Below are positions 11,125 through 19,752 of a stretch of 56,798 nucleotides of DNA, one piece after another. The stretch lies in contig JAKSVA010000001.1 in assembly GCA_024408435.1 (NCBI GenBank), positions 1 to 56,798 on the forward strand. The letters run 5' to 3'. The notes beneath the pieces were generated by a model that did no database searches, had not been told where the DNA came from, and saw only the letters and a list, made by a program, of their open reading frames with translations. The position numbers and the translations under genes are program-made. Position 1 is the first letter of the stretch. Each line of letters starts with the position of its first letter. Source of the stretch: Bacilli bacterium. Its GTDB lineage: Bacteria; Bacillota_I; Bacilli_A; RFN20; CAG-826.

Positions 11125-11520
11125 TTACCAGATGTAAGCGAGAACTTCCCCGCCTACTCCGAGTGCGCGAGCTTTCGTATCAGTCATTACCCCTTTTGAA
11201 GTGGAGATAATCGCGATGCCTAAACCTTTTAAAACACGTGGTAAGTGATTGGTATCACTTGTCACCCGTAAACCTGGTTTAGAAATCTTCTTGAGACCGC
11301 TGATGACTCGCTCTTGTTTTGGACCATACTTTAAAGTAATGGTTAATTCTTTCTTCACTTTATTCTCACTAACTTTATAGTCAGTAATAAAACCTTCTTC
11401 TTTCAAAATCTTGGTGATTTCAACTTTCATTTTGCTCGAAGGCATTGACACCGTTTCGTAACGTAAAGCATTCGCATTACGAATCCGGGTGAGCATATCA
11501 GAAATTGGATCCATTAACAT
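11125..11520 (-). CDS. rpsH: 30S ribosomal protein S8
   Basis: [13 protein letters not shown]...ISKPGLRV...[14 protein letters not shown]...GGEVLAYIW. Confidence 0.97.
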   Translation of the reverse strand: MLMDPISDMLTRIRNANALRYETVSMPSSKMKVEITKILKEEGFITDYKVSENKVKKELTITLKYGPKQERVISGLKKISKPGLRVTSDTNHLPRVLKGLGIAIISTSKGVMTDTKARALGVGGEVLAYIW

Positions 11521-11533
11521 ATCAATACCTCCT

Positions 11534-11719
11534 TTACCAAGAACTCTTCTTCATGCCAGGGATTTCACCTTTATAGGCTAATTCTCTTAAACAAATCCGA
11601 CAGAGTTTAAACTTACTATAAACAGCGTGTGGACGACCACAGCGTTCACAACGTGTGTATTCTCTCGTTGAGAATTTTTGTTTTCTCTTACAACTAATTT
11701 TTTTACAAGTTTTTGCCAT
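11534..11719 (-). CDS. rpsZ: 30S ribosomal protein S14, type Z (zinc-binding)
   Basis: 61 aa with CERCGRP...CRICLRE (CxxC/CxxC) and a C-terminal KKSSW. Confidence 0.96.
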   Translation of the reverse strand: MAKTCKKISCKRKQKFSTREYTRCERCGRPHAVYSKFKLCRICLRELAYKGEIPGMKKSSW

Positions 11720-11730
11720 ATTACTTCTCC

Positions 11731-12342
11731 TTATCGATGGAAGGGCATACCCATTTCATCGAGTAACGCTCTTGCTTCATTATCGGTTCTTGCCGTGGTA
11801 ACAATTACAATATCCATCCCACGAACTTTACTTACTTTATCGTAATCAATTTCCGGGAAGATTAATTGTTCTTTGACTCCTAAGGTATAGTTACCATGAC
11901 CATCGAAGGCTTTAGTAGATACTCCACGGAAGTCACGCACCCGAGGAAGGGCAATACTTACGAGTTTATCAAAGAATTCATACATTCTAGTTCCCCGTAA
12001 AGTGACTTTACAGCCAATTGCTTGACCTTGTCTAAGTTTAAAGGTTGCGATTGATTTCTTCGCTTTTGTCGTCACGGGATGTTGACCAGTGATTAAACCA
12101 AGTTCTTTGACGCTTGCGTCAATAACTTTCGAGTCAACGGTCGCATCACCTAAACCAATATTCACGACAATTTTCTCTAAACGAGGTGCAGCCATCTTAC
12201 TAGTGTATTTAAATTTTTCCACTAGATGAGGAACGACCTCTTTAAAGTATTTAACTTTTAAACGAGGGACGTAATTATCCTTCACTTTCGCGGCGACTTT
12301 CTTTTCCGCTTTGGGAGTTTCGACTTTTTTATTTTCCGCCAT
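11731..12342 (-). CDS. rplE: 50S ribosomal protein L5 (about 20-aa Lys-rich N-terminal extension)
   Basis: [15 protein letters not shown]...[25 protein letters not shown]...[11 protein letters not shown]. Confidence 0.97.
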   Translation of the reverse strand: MAENKKVETPKAEKKVAAKVKDNYVPRLKVKYFKEVVPHLVEKFKYTSKMAAPRLEKIVVNIGLGDATVDSKVIDASVKELGLITGQHPVTTKAKKSIATFKLRQGQAIGCKVTLRGTRMYEFFDKLVSIALPRVRDFRGVSTKAFDGHGNYTLGVKEQLIFPEIDYDKVSKVRGMDIVIVTTARTDNEARALLDEMGMPFHR

Positions 12343-12353
12343 AACTAACCTCC

Positions 12354-12659
12354 TTAAATCTTTTCACCCGTCTTTTTAATAATGCGGGTTTTTCCTTCTT
12401 TTGTTACTTTATAACCAACTTTCACTGGTTTCTTGCTCTTGGGATCAATTAACGCCACTTTACTTGCATCAATTGGGACATAAATATCAAGCACGCTTCC
12501 TTCAGGAGTTTGTTGCGTTGGTTTCTTGTGGCGTTTATGAACATTCACGTTTTCGACAACCACTTTATTTATTTTTGGGTAAACAGCTTGAACAATCCCT
12601 TCTTTACCCTTTTCGCCACCTGAGATAACTCTCACTTTATCACCTTTTTTGATTTTCAT
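12354..12659 (-). CDS. rplX: 50S ribosomal protein L24 (start moved to the internal ATG)
   Basis: The canonical N-terminus [21 protein letters not shown] starts at 12659, preceded by AAGGAG. The track start at 12698 would overlap the end of rplN. Confidence 0.95.
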   Translation of the reverse strand: MKIKKGDKVRVISGGEKGKEGIVQAVYPKINKVVVENVNVHKRHKKPTQQTPEGSVLDIYVPIDASKVALIDPKSKKPVKVGYKVTKEGKTRIIKKTGEKI

Positions 12660-12669
12660 AACGCTCTCC

Positions 12670-13044
12670 TTATAACACCTCAATCGCGAGGGAGACAATC
12701 TTCATATAGCCTTCGCCTTTATCACGGAGTTCACGCGCGACGGGACCAAAAACACGGGTTCCAACGGGTGTACCATCTTCATTAATTAAGACACAGGCAT
12801 TATCATCAAAAGCAATTTGACTACCATCAGGACGATTAATCGCTTTTTTCGTTCTCACAATAATCGCTCTTACGATATCACCTTTCTTGACTTTACCATT
12901 AGGGATTGCTTCTTTAACCGCGCAAAGCACGATATCACCAATCGTTGATGATTTCCGATTACCACCGCCATAAAGACGGAAAATCCGGACACTACGTGCA
13001 CCACTATTATCCGCAACCACTAAATTAGTTTCGTTTTGGACCAT
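12670..13044 (-). CDS. rplN: 50S ribosomal protein L14
   Basis: [16 protein letters not shown]...[22 protein letters not shown]. Confidence 0.97.
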   Translation of the reverse strand: MVQNETNLVVADNSGARSVRIFRLYGGGNRKSSTIGDIVLCAVKEAIPNGKVKKGDIVRAIIVRTKKAINRPDGSQIAFDDNACVLINEDGTPVGTRVFGPVARELRDKGEGYMKIVSLAIEVL

Positions 13045-13046
13045 AA

Positions 13047-13508
13047 TTATTTAGCCTCCTTTTTCTCTTCAGCTTTCTTCGCTTCTTCAGCCGCTTTCTT
13101 TTCTTCGGCTTCTTTTTCCGCTCTTAAACGAGCGTGTTCCGCTTCAATTTCCGCCACTTTCTTTTCGGTGACTTCTTTTTCCGCGGCTTTCACGTCTTTT
13201 AATTTCTCTTCGACGTTAAGTTCTTTCGTATCAATCTTAATTTCCGCTAAGGCTTTCTTATCAATACTAACGAGAATAAAACGTTTTGTTTTACTAATTG
13301 GACGAGTGGCCATAATAGTAACAACATCGTTAACTTTCGCTTTATTCTTTTCATCATGAACGTAGTATTTCTTCGCGTACTTAATCCGTTTACCATACTT
13401 CGCGTGTTTACGGTATGTTTCAACTAAGACAACAATCGTCTTATTCATCTTGGTGGAGATAACTACCCCTTGGAAAGATGAACGTTGATTTCTCACTAAT
13501 TCCGCCAT
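13047..13508 (-). CDS. rpsQ: 30S ribosomal protein S17 with a ~65-aa Lys/Glu/Ala-rich C-terminal extension
   Basis: The core [40 protein letters not shown] is S17. The tail [35 protein letters not shown] is low complexity. Confidence 0.95.
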   Translation of the reverse strand: MAELVRNQRSSFQGVVISTKMNKTIVVLVETYRKHAKYGKRIKYAKKYYVHDEKNKAKVNDVVTIMATRPISKTKRFILVSIDKKALAEIKIDTKELNVEEKLKDVKAAEKEVTEKKVAEIEAEHARLRAEKEAEEKKAAEEAKKAEEKKEAK

Positions 13509-13510
13509 AA

Positions 13511-13792
13511 TTACTTACTCTCCTTTTTCGCTTCTACTTTCTTTGTTTCAGGTTTTTTCTCTTCAACTTTCTTCGGAGCGATTTTCTTCACTTCGCTTTT
13601 CTTCGCGAGTTCTCTTTCTTTTAATACCGTATTAACACGCGCAATATCCTTCCGGACACTACGGATTTGTTCACCATGTTCAAGTTGACCAACGGCTTTC
13701 TTCCGACGGAGATTAAATAATTCTTCTTGTAAAGCATAAAGCTTTTCTTTGAGCTCATCGTTAGGAAGAGCTTTGACATCTTCAATCTTCAT
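13511..13792 (-). CDS. rpmC: 50S ribosomal protein L29 with a Lys-rich C-terminal extension
   Basis: [44 protein letters not shown] is L29, followed by a [17 protein letters not shown] tail. Confidence 0.95.
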   Translation of the reverse strand: MKIEDVKALPNDELKEKLYALQEELFNLRRKKAVGQLEHGEQIRSVRKDIARVNTVLKERELAKKSEVKKIAPKKVEEKKPETKKVEAKKESK

Positions 13793-13794
13793 AC

Positions 13795-14205
13795 TTATTC
13801 TCCTTTCTTAATAATCTTGGTCTTAATGGGAAGCTTATAACCACATAAACGAAGTGCTTCTTTGGCACTTGTTTCGGGGACACCACCAATTTCAAATAAG
13901 ACACGACCTTTTTTCACAACGGCCACATAATATTCTGGATTACCTTTACCAGAACCCATACGTACTTCAGCGGGCTTTTTGGTTTTCGCTAAGTGCGGGA
14001 AAATTCTGATCCAGACTTTTCCTGAACGGTTCGTATAACCAGCAAGCACAATACGTGCCGCTTCAATTTGACGATCTGTCACGTAGTTACCTTCTAGGGC
14101 AACTAAGCCATAATCACCGAATTGAACATCATTACCAGCTTTGGAGTGTCCTTCATACTTTAAAGCATGGGGACGACGATATTTAGTTCTCTTTGGTTGT
14201 AACAT
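13795..14205 (-). CDS. rplP: 50S ribosomal protein L16
   Basis: [13 protein letters not shown]...IEAARI...RIFPH...[15 protein letters not shown]. Confidence 0.97.
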   Translation of the reverse strand: MLQPKRTKYRRPHALKYEGHSKAGNDVQFGDYGLVALEGNYVTDRQIEAARIVLAGYTNRSGKVWIRIFPHLAKTKKPAEVRMGSGKGNPEYYVAVVKKGRVLFEIGGVPETSAKEALRLCGYKLPIKTKIIKKGE

Positions 14206-14959
14206 TGTTTTCTCCTCCTTCTTTATGCACTCTACGGTTATTAAAACGTGGACGACGATTGTTATTATTCTCTTCTACTTTTGGTGCATTCTTCTCGGCT
14301 TCTAATTCTTCTTTGGTTTTATAGTTACCACGACAAATCCAAACCTTAACACCAAGTCGACCATAAGTAGTTCTTGCTTCGGCAATCGCAAAATCAATAT
14401 CACTTCTTAAGGTATGAAGAGGAATAATTCCTTCTTTATAACCTTCATTACGCGCGATATCGGCACCACCAAGACGACCACCCACTAATGTCCGGCAACC
14501 TTTAGCGCCCGCTTTTCTTACACGCGCAATTGCCTTCTTTTGGGCAGTTCTAAATGAAGCACGATTTTCTAATTCGGTAGCAATTGATTGGGCAACGATA
14601 TGGGCATCTAAATCAGGATGTTTCACTTCAACAACATCAAGACGAATTTGGCCAGATTTAGCAATCTTTGCCGCTTCTTTCTTAATGCGGTTAATGTTAG
14701 TGCCATCTTGACCTAAGATAACACCAGGACGCGCGACAAAGATCATCGCGACGACCTTATAGGTCCCATCATTATTTTTCTTTCTTTCAATTTCAATATG
14801 GGAAAGTAATGCACCTTGGCATTGCTTTTCTAAATATTTACGAATTTTAATATCTTCAAGTAAGAACTCACTATATTTCTCACCATCGGCAAACCACCGT
14901 GAATTCCAATCACGATTGATGCCCATTCTAAAACCAACTGGATTTACTTTATGACCCAT
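14183..14959 (-). CDS. rpsC: 30S ribosomal protein S3 (about 40-aa C-terminal extension overlapping the rplP start)
   Basis: [24 protein letters not shown]..., a KH domain, and [30 protein letters not shown]. Confidence 0.97.
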   Translation of the reverse strand: MGHKVNPVGFRMGINRDWNSRWFADGEKYSEFLLEDIKIRKYLEKQCQGALLSHIEIERKKNNDGTYKVVAMIFVARPGVILGQDGTNINRIKKEAAKIAKSGQIRLDVVEVKHPDLDAHIVAQSIATELENRASFRTAQKKAIARVRKAGAKGCRTLVGGRLGGADIARNEGYKEGIIPLHTLRSDIDFAIAEARTTYGRLGVKVWICRGNYKTKEELEAEKNAPKVEENNNNRRPRFNNRRVHKEGGENNVTTKEN

Positions 14960-14960
14960 A

Positions 14961-15395
14961 TTACTTCTCCTTTACTACGACTGTGACAATCGCGGCTCTT
15001 TTCACTTTACCGGATGCACTACCTTTCGCTCTTGGCATATAGCGTTTCATCTTAATGCCATCATTAGCATAAATCTTACAAATATATAATTTGTCATAAT
15101 TCATTGAGAAATTATTGGTTGCATTACTCGCAGCACTTTTAATGACCTTAGCGATATCATGCGCACCTAACTTATTGGTATTATTTAAAATCGCAAGGGC
15201 GCTAGAAATATTCTTTCCTCTTACTAAGTCAATTAATAAGCGAGCCTTTCTTGGGGTAATTCTAAGATCACGACCAATCGCTATGGCTTCAGTCACGGGG
15301 ACTTTGACTTTCTTTTCTTCTTTCTTTTTGGCCTTCTCGGCTTCTTTCGCTTTTACGGCTTTCTCTTCTTTCGTTTTCTTCTTTAAAATTGCCAT
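14961..15395 (-). CDS. rplV: 50S ribosomal protein L22 (about 30-aa Lys-rich N-terminal extension)
   Basis: The core AIAIGRDLRITPRKARLLIDLVRGKNISSALAIL...PRAKGSASGKVKRAAIVTVVV is L22. Confidence 0.96.
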   Translation of the reverse strand: MAILKKKTKEEKAVKAKEAEKAKKKEEKKVKVPVTEAIAIGRDLRITPRKARLLIDLVRGKNISSALAILNNTNKLGAHDIAKVIKSAASNATNNFSMNYDKLYICKIYANDGIKMKRYMPRAKGSASGKVKRAAIVTVVVKEK

Positions 15396-15398
15396 AAA

Positions 15399-15791
15399 TT
15401 ACTTGCCCTCCTTCTTAGGTGCCGCAGCTGGCGTAGCCGCTGGTGCAGTCGGTGCAGCTGCTGGTTTAGCGCCAGGAGCTGGAGCAGTACCTGCTGCTGG
15501 TGCAGCGGTTGAGGCTGCTTTATCTTCTGCATTATTACCAGTATGCATCGTGAAGGTTCTGGTTGGGGCGAATTCGCCTAATTTATGACCAACCATATCT
15601 TCAGTAACATACACACTAATATGTTCATGTCCGTTATAAACCGCAAAGGTTAAACCAACAAAATCAGGGAAAATCGTTGAACGACGACTCCAGGTTTTGA
15701 TAATTGATTTCTTGCCTGATTTATTGATGGCTTCAACTTTCTTCATTAATGAAGCTTCAACATATGGACCTTTCTTTAAACTTCTTGCCAT
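15399..15791 (-). CDS. rpsS: 30S ribosomal protein S19 with a ~40-aa Ala/Pro-rich C-terminal extension
   Basis: [19 protein letters not shown]...[46 protein letters not shown] is S19. The tail is [35 protein letters not shown]. Confidence 0.96.
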   Translation of the reverse strand: MARSLKKGPYVEASLMKKVEAINKSGKKSIIKTWSRRSTIFPDFVGLTFAVYNGHEHISVYVTEDMVGHKLGEFAPTRTFTMHTGNNAEDKAASTAAPAAGTAPAPGAKPAAAPTAPAATPAAAPKKEGK

Positions 15792-15801
15792 AATTTACTC
15801 C

Positions 15802-16635
15802 TTACTTATCATTAATCCGTCTAATCATTAATTTGGTTGACGCTTTCTTCACGCGACGTGTCTTCACGCCTAAAGCACGTTTACCCCAAGGGGTCCGTGG
15901 TGCATCACGTCCGACTGGACATTTACCTTCACCACCACCATGTGGGTGATCAGGTGGGTTCATTGCGCTACCTCTTACGGTTGGGCGAATACCTAAATAA
16001 CGATTCTTACCGGCTTTACCTTTATTAATAAGGGTATAGTCTTCATTACCCACGACACCAATGGTCGCCCGGCAATTAGCGAGAATCTTTCTCATTTCGC
16101 CACTCGCGAGTCTTACGATAACGTATTTACCTTCTTTACCTAAGATTTGGGCACTTGTACCCGCCGCGCGACAAAGTTGTCCGCCTTTCCCTGGATTTAA
16201 TTCAAGGTTATGGATAAAAGTACCTTCAGGGATATTTTGCATTTCCATCGCATTACCGACTTGAACGTCAGTGACTTTACCAGAAATGATAATGCTACCG
16301 ACCTTAATATCTTTTGGCGCTAAGATATATCTCTTCTCGCCATCACGATAATTAATTAAACAGATGTTCGCGTTGCGGTTTGGATCATATTCAATGGTTG
16401 AAACCACACCGATTACATCATCTTTATTTCTCTTGAAGTCAATAATCCGATATTTATGCTTATTACCGCCTCCAATATGTCTAGTTGTAATAACACCTTG
16501 GTTATTACGACCTCCTGTCTTCTTTAACGTTCTAGTTAAACTTTTTTCAGGAAGGTTAGTCGTAATCTCAGTATAAACAACACTCGCCATTGCGCGACGA
16601 GATGGAGATGTTGGACTATAATTTCTAACTGCCAT
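15802..16635 (-). CDS. rplB: 50S ribosomal protein L2
   Basis: [27 protein letters not shown]...[17 protein letters not shown]. Confidence 0.98.
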   Translation of the reverse strand: MAVRNYSPTSPSRRAMASVVYTEITTNLPEKSLTRTLKKTGGRNNQGVITTRHIGGGNKHKYRIIDFKRNKDDVIGVVSTIEYDPNRNANICLINYRDGEKRYILAPKDIKVGSIIISGKVTDVQVGNAMEMQNIPEGTFIHNLELNPGKGGQLCRAAGTSAQILGKEGKYVIVRLASGEMRKILANCRATIGVVGNEDYTLINKGKAGKNRYLGIRPTVRGSAMNPPDHPHGGGEGKCPVGRDAPRTPWGKRALGVKTRRVKKASTKLMIRRINDK

Positions 16636-16667
16636 AAATGTTTCCTCCTATAATTTAGTTAACTTTT

Positions 16668-17102
16668 TTATTCTTTGAATAAATCAATGGCTTGACCACT
16701 CTTAATGGTAATCACGGCTTTCTTATAGCCTTGGATCTTACCTTTATAACGGCCACCACGAGTGGTTTCTTTTGCGCGCACAGTTGAGATAGAAACGTGT
16801 GTCGCTTTCACTTTAAATAAGCGTTCAAACGCTAATTTAACTTGTGTCTTATTTGCGTTTGGATTCACTTTAAAAGTGGCTTGATTAAGGTTTTGCATCG
16901 TAGCCATACTTTTTTCAGTAATGACCGGATTTAAAATAACCTTAAAATCCGGAAGTGTTGCTTTAGCGATATCTTTTTGCGTTGTATCAGCTTTCACAAC
17001 CTTCTTACTTTCTTTCGCTGGTTTTTCAGCTTTATTCGCTACCTTTTTGGTTTCTTCTTTTTTCGAAACTTCTTTGGTAGCCTTTTCTTTCTTCTCGGCC
17101 AT
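16668..17102 (-). CDS. rplW: 50S ribosomal protein L23 (about 45-aa Lys-rich N-terminal extension)
   Basis: The core ILNPVITEKSMATMQNLNQATFKVNPNANKTQVKLAFERLFKVKATHVSI is L23. Confidence 0.95.
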   Translation of the reverse strand: MAEKKEKATKEVSKKEETKKVANKAEKPAKESKKVVKADTTQKDIAKATLPDFKVILNPVITEKSMATMQNLNQATFKVNPNANKTQVKLAFERLFKVKATHVSISTVRAKETTRGGRYKGKIQGYKKAVITIKSGQAIDLFKE

Positions 17103-17728
17103 TATCTAACCTCCTCAAGCGCTTTAAGTGCTTTACTAGTCATTAATAAATGATTCGCGTTCATAACGTCATAGACGTTAATGTGCGCGACATCCACTAA
17201 TTTAATACTCTTAATATTATTGGTCGCTAATACTAATTCTTTATTAGCCTTATCAACCACAATTAAGCCTTTTGTTACTTTAAGTGCTTTCATTAATTTA
17301 GCGACTTCTTTACTCTTCTTGGCTTTAATGTCTTCTAAGACGATTAAACCATTATTTGCTTTAAGCGATAAAGATGAACGAAGCGCTAAATCATAAGCTT
17401 TACGATTTTGATCTAACTTAAAGTTTTGAACACCTTTTGGACCAAAGACGGTACCACCGCCAACCCAAATTGGGGAACGAGTTGAACCTGCTCTCGCGCG
17501 ACCGGTACCTTTTTGCCGCCAAGGTTTCTTACCACCACCACTAACTTCACTTCTTTTCTTTGTTTTAGCGGTTGCTTGTCTTTTATTAGCGTTATAAAGT
17601 TTCACGGCTTCATAGATTGCGTGATTATTTACTTTTACGCCAAAAATCTTACTATTTAAATCAACTGTGGAGACCTTATTCCCACTAGCGTTAACCACAT
17701 CAACGGTTAATTTTTTACTTTCCGCCAT
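17102..17728 (-). CDS. rplD: 50S ribosomal protein L4
   Basis: RQATAKTKKRSEVSGGGKKPWRQKGTGRARAGSTRSPIWVGGGTVFGP. Confidence 0.97.
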   Translation of the reverse strand: MAESKKLTVDVVNASGNKVSTVDLNSKIFGVKVNNHAIYEAVKLYNANKRQATAKTKKRSEVSGGGKKPWRQKGTGRARAGSTRSPIWVGGGTVFGPKGVQNFKLDQNRKAYDLALRSSLSLKANNGLIVLEDIKAKKSKEVAKLMKALKVTKGLIVVDKANKELVLATNNIKSIKLVDVAHINVYDVMNANHLLMTSKALKALEEVR

Positions 17729-17730
17729 AA

Positions 17731-18540
17731 TTACTTAGCCTCCTTTTTGACTTCTTCTTTCTTTGGAGCAGCTTTAGGCGCTTCTTTCTTCACTTCAGGT
17801 TTTGCTTCTACTTTCGGAGCTTCAGCTTTTACTTCAGCGGCTTTAGGTGCCTCTTTCTTACTAGAAAGATCCACTAAGTTCTTCACTTGTTGTGGTTTAC
17901 CTAATTGCGTGCGAATGGCGCTTCTAATCTTGACTAAAGATTGTTTTGTGCCTGGGATTGCACCTTTCACTAAGATGTAACCTTTCTCGGCATTTGATTC
18001 GACCACTAAAAGATTAAGAACAGTCACTTGTTCAAAGCCACGGTGACCACTCATCTTCTTACCGGGTAAAACACGGTTATTACAACGACCATTGTTCGCG
18101 AAGCTACCAACTTGACGGTGATAACCTGAACCATGTCCTTTAGGACCAATGGTGTGATGATAACGTTTAATAGTGCCGGTATAACCTTTACCTTTACTTG
18201 TGCCGATAACATCAACAATGTCGCCAGTTTTAAATAAACTTGCGTCAAGTTTTGCACCAACATTTAAATTAAGACTATCTAAGTCTTTACCACTTACTTC
18301 ACGGTAAAATTTCGCTAAAGGAGTGTTGCTCTTCTTAGCGATTCCTTTCTCGCATTTATTCGCGCGAGATTCTCTCTTATTATCATAACCAACGACATAA
18401 GCTTTATAGCCATCTTTTTCGCTAGTTTTGATTTGACTAACTATGTTAGGGAGTACTTCAATCACACTAACAGCGTATTGGGTGCCATCAGTCGCGAAGA
18501 TCTGTGTCATACCTAACTTACGTCCGATTAACTGTTTCAT
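17731..18540 (-). CDS. rplC: 50S ribosomal protein L3 with a ~55-aa KEAPK-repeat C-terminal extension
   Basis: GRKLGMTQIF...GTSKGKGYTGTIKRYHH..GPKGHGSGYHRQVGS is L3. The tail is KKEAPKAAEVKAEAPKVEAKPEVKKEAPKAAPKKEEVKKEAK. Confidence 0.96.
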   Translation of the reverse strand: MKQLIGRKLGMTQIFATDGTQYAVSVIEVLPNIVSQIKTSEKDGYKAYVVGYDNKRESRANKCEKGIAKKSNTPLAKFYREVSGKDLDSLNLNVGAKLDASLFKTGDIVDVIGTSKGKGYTGTIKRYHHTIGPKGHGSGYHRQVGSFANNGRCNNRVLPGKKMSGHRGFEQVTVLNLLVVESNAEKGYILVKGAIPGTKQSLVKIRSAIRTQLGKPQQVKNLVDLSSKKEAPKAAEVKAEAPKVEAKPEVKKEAPKAAPKKEEVKKEAK

Positions 18541-18559
18541 CGTTATTTACCTCCCTTAC

Positions 18560-18871
18560 TTATAGTTTGATATCAATATCAACTCCACTAGGTAAATCAA
18601 GTCGACGTAATGTGTCGACAGTTTCCTTAGTTGGATTAGCGATATCGATTAATCTCTTATGGGTGCGAATTTCAAATTGTTCGCGGGCGTCCTTATATTT
18701 ATGAACCGCGCGTAAAATCGTAAAGACTTGTCGGTCCGTTGGTAATGGAATTGGGCCAACTGCTTTCGCACCTGTCTTTTTCGCCGCTTCTAAAATCTTT
18801 TGCGCCCCAAGATCAAGAATCTTGTGGTCATAAGCTCTGAGGCGGACTCTGATTACTTTTGTTTTTGCCAT
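18560..18871 (-). CDS. rpsJ: 30S ribosomal protein S10
   Basis: [14 protein letters not shown]...GPIPLPT...[28 protein letters not shown]. It is the first gene of the cluster, with a GGAGGG RBS upstream. Confidence 0.97.
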   Translation of the reverse strand: MAKTKVIRVRLRAYDHKILDLGAQKILEAAKKTGAKAVGPIPLPTDRQVFTILRAVHKYKDAREQFEIRTHKRLIDIANPTKETVDTLRRLDLPSGVDIDIKL

Positions 18872-19005
18872 GAATTTCCCTCCTTAAATCTTTTACTTTA
18901 GGCGATACTAGCTTCGCTATAATCGAATTCCCTGACACCGTCTCATGACAACGCCTATTCGTGTGTCAGCAACCTCGATTAGTCCTCGCGAGTGCAAGTA
19001 GAAAT

Positions 19006-19034
19006 AACATACTCCCTTTAAATGTACGTGTCAA
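19006..19034 (-). promoter_or_regulatory. Candidate sigma-70-type promoter of the S10 operon
   Basis: On the minus strand, TTGACA (19034..19029) is followed by a 17-nt spacer and TATGTT (19011..19006). This leaves a ~135-nt leader before the rpsJ ATG. Confidence 0.5.
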
Positions 19035-19078
19035 ATAGTTTTTATTCGCCTATACGCGCGAACATATAAGCCTTAAGT

Positions 19079-19351
19079 TTAATATTTATAGTTTTTAGGT
19101 AAGTCTTTAAGACCGTTATAATCAAGACGAGCTTCAATTCTCTTAACAACCTTAGTTAAATCATTGACTGCGATAACAAGCTTATCAACGGTCATACCTA
19201 ATTGATCTAATGTGTATTTATTCTTTTTCTTAGGTTTCATAACCTTAACTCGTCTTCCTTCATTTACATAATACACTACAAAACGCACATTAGAAGGTGA
19301 ATTTTCTAATAAACGTTTAAATTCTTTTTGGGTTATGTATTTACGATACAT
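19079..19351 (-). CDS. Hypothetical small basic protein (90 aa)
   Basis: The ORF has a strong SD (AAAGGAGGC) 5 nt upstream of the ATG. I recognised no family motif. It lies between the S10 promoter and the accessory region. Confidence 0.55.
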   Translation of the reverse strand: MYRKYITQKEFKRLLENSPSNVRFVVYYVNEGRRVKVMKPKKKNKYTLDQLGMTVDKLVIAVNDLTKVVKRIEARLDYNGLKDLPKNYKY

Positions 19352-19354
19352 AAA

Positions 19355-19413
19355 AGCCTCCTTTTAATTTCAGGCATAATTGCCCTTACTATGTACTTCG
19401 TAAAAAGGAGGCT
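19355..19413 (-). promoter_or_regulatory. Possible RBS-sequestering stem upstream of the 90-aa ORF
   Basis: A perfect 11-bp inverted repeat, AGCCTCCTTTT (19355..19365) and AAAAGGAGGCT (19403..19413), is separated by 37 nt. In the minus-strand mRNA the 3' arm is the Shine-Dalgarno sequence itself. Confidence 0.35.
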
Positions 19414-19476
19414 AAAACGCTCGCTTATTTTTCTATATTTACTCAGTAAATATAAAAAGTTATATAATACTGCCAT

Positions 19477-19617
19477 ATGAATAAATATAAGAAAATAAAT
19501 AGAGAAGAATATAGAAAAGGTATGTTAGAGGCATCTAAAGATCCTGAATTCATTAAACGTAACGAAGAAGTTATGAAAGAATTCGAAGGAATTGATGCTA
19601 GGATTAAAGGTGAATGA
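19477..19617 (+). CDS. Small ORF (46 aa) sharing the peptide motif EYRKGMLEA(S/T)KDPEFIKRNE with the C-terminus of the AbiEi-like protein at 40149..40892
   Basis: My own translation is MNKYKKINREEYRKGMLEASKDPEFIKRNEEVMKEFEGIDARIKGE*. It is below the ORF-track length cutoff. A 63-nt stretch is 56/63 identical to the inverted segment 40164..40226, and 5 of the 7 differences are synonymous. TATAAT at 19463..19468 sits just upstream of the ATG with no SD, so the transcript may be leaderless. Confidence 0.4.
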   Translation: MNKYKKINREEYRKGMLEASKDPEFIKRNEEVMKEFEGIDARIKGE

Positions 19618-19631
19618 TAGCTATATTTTAC

Positions 19632-19729
19632 AAATGTTGGAAAAATGCAAAAAACATATGTTAAAAATCTTGGAAAAGTGCAAAAAATTACAAAATAAAT
19701 CTTGGAAAAATGCAAAAACGGTATATAAT
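19632..19729 (+). repeat. Three tandem 32-33-bp units (AAAT[G/C]TTGGAAAA[A/G]TGCAAAAA...) upstream of the COG1373-type ATPase gene
   Basis: The units start at 19632, 19665 and 19697. The last unit provides TTGGAA (19702..19707), a 16-nt spacer and TATAAT (19724..19729), followed by GGAG and the ATG at 19753. Confidence 0.7.
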
Positions 19730-19752
19730 AACAATTACTATCGGAGATAACT

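Noticed and set aside
13036-13359. Plus-strand ORFs antisense to r-protein genes: 13036..13359, 15115..15588, 9910..10158, 16921..17109, 17747..17980 and others
   Set aside because: They are reverse-complement shadows of the Lys/Glu/Ala-rich r-protein tails (poly F/S/A translations). The sense-strand genes are unambiguous.
19632-19729. CRISPR array hypothesis for the tandem repeats at 19.6 kb and 26.6 kb
   Set aside because: There are only 3 and 2 units respectively. The repeats are contiguous or AT-rich-spaced rather than repeat-spacer structured, unit sizes are wrong, and no cas genes are present.
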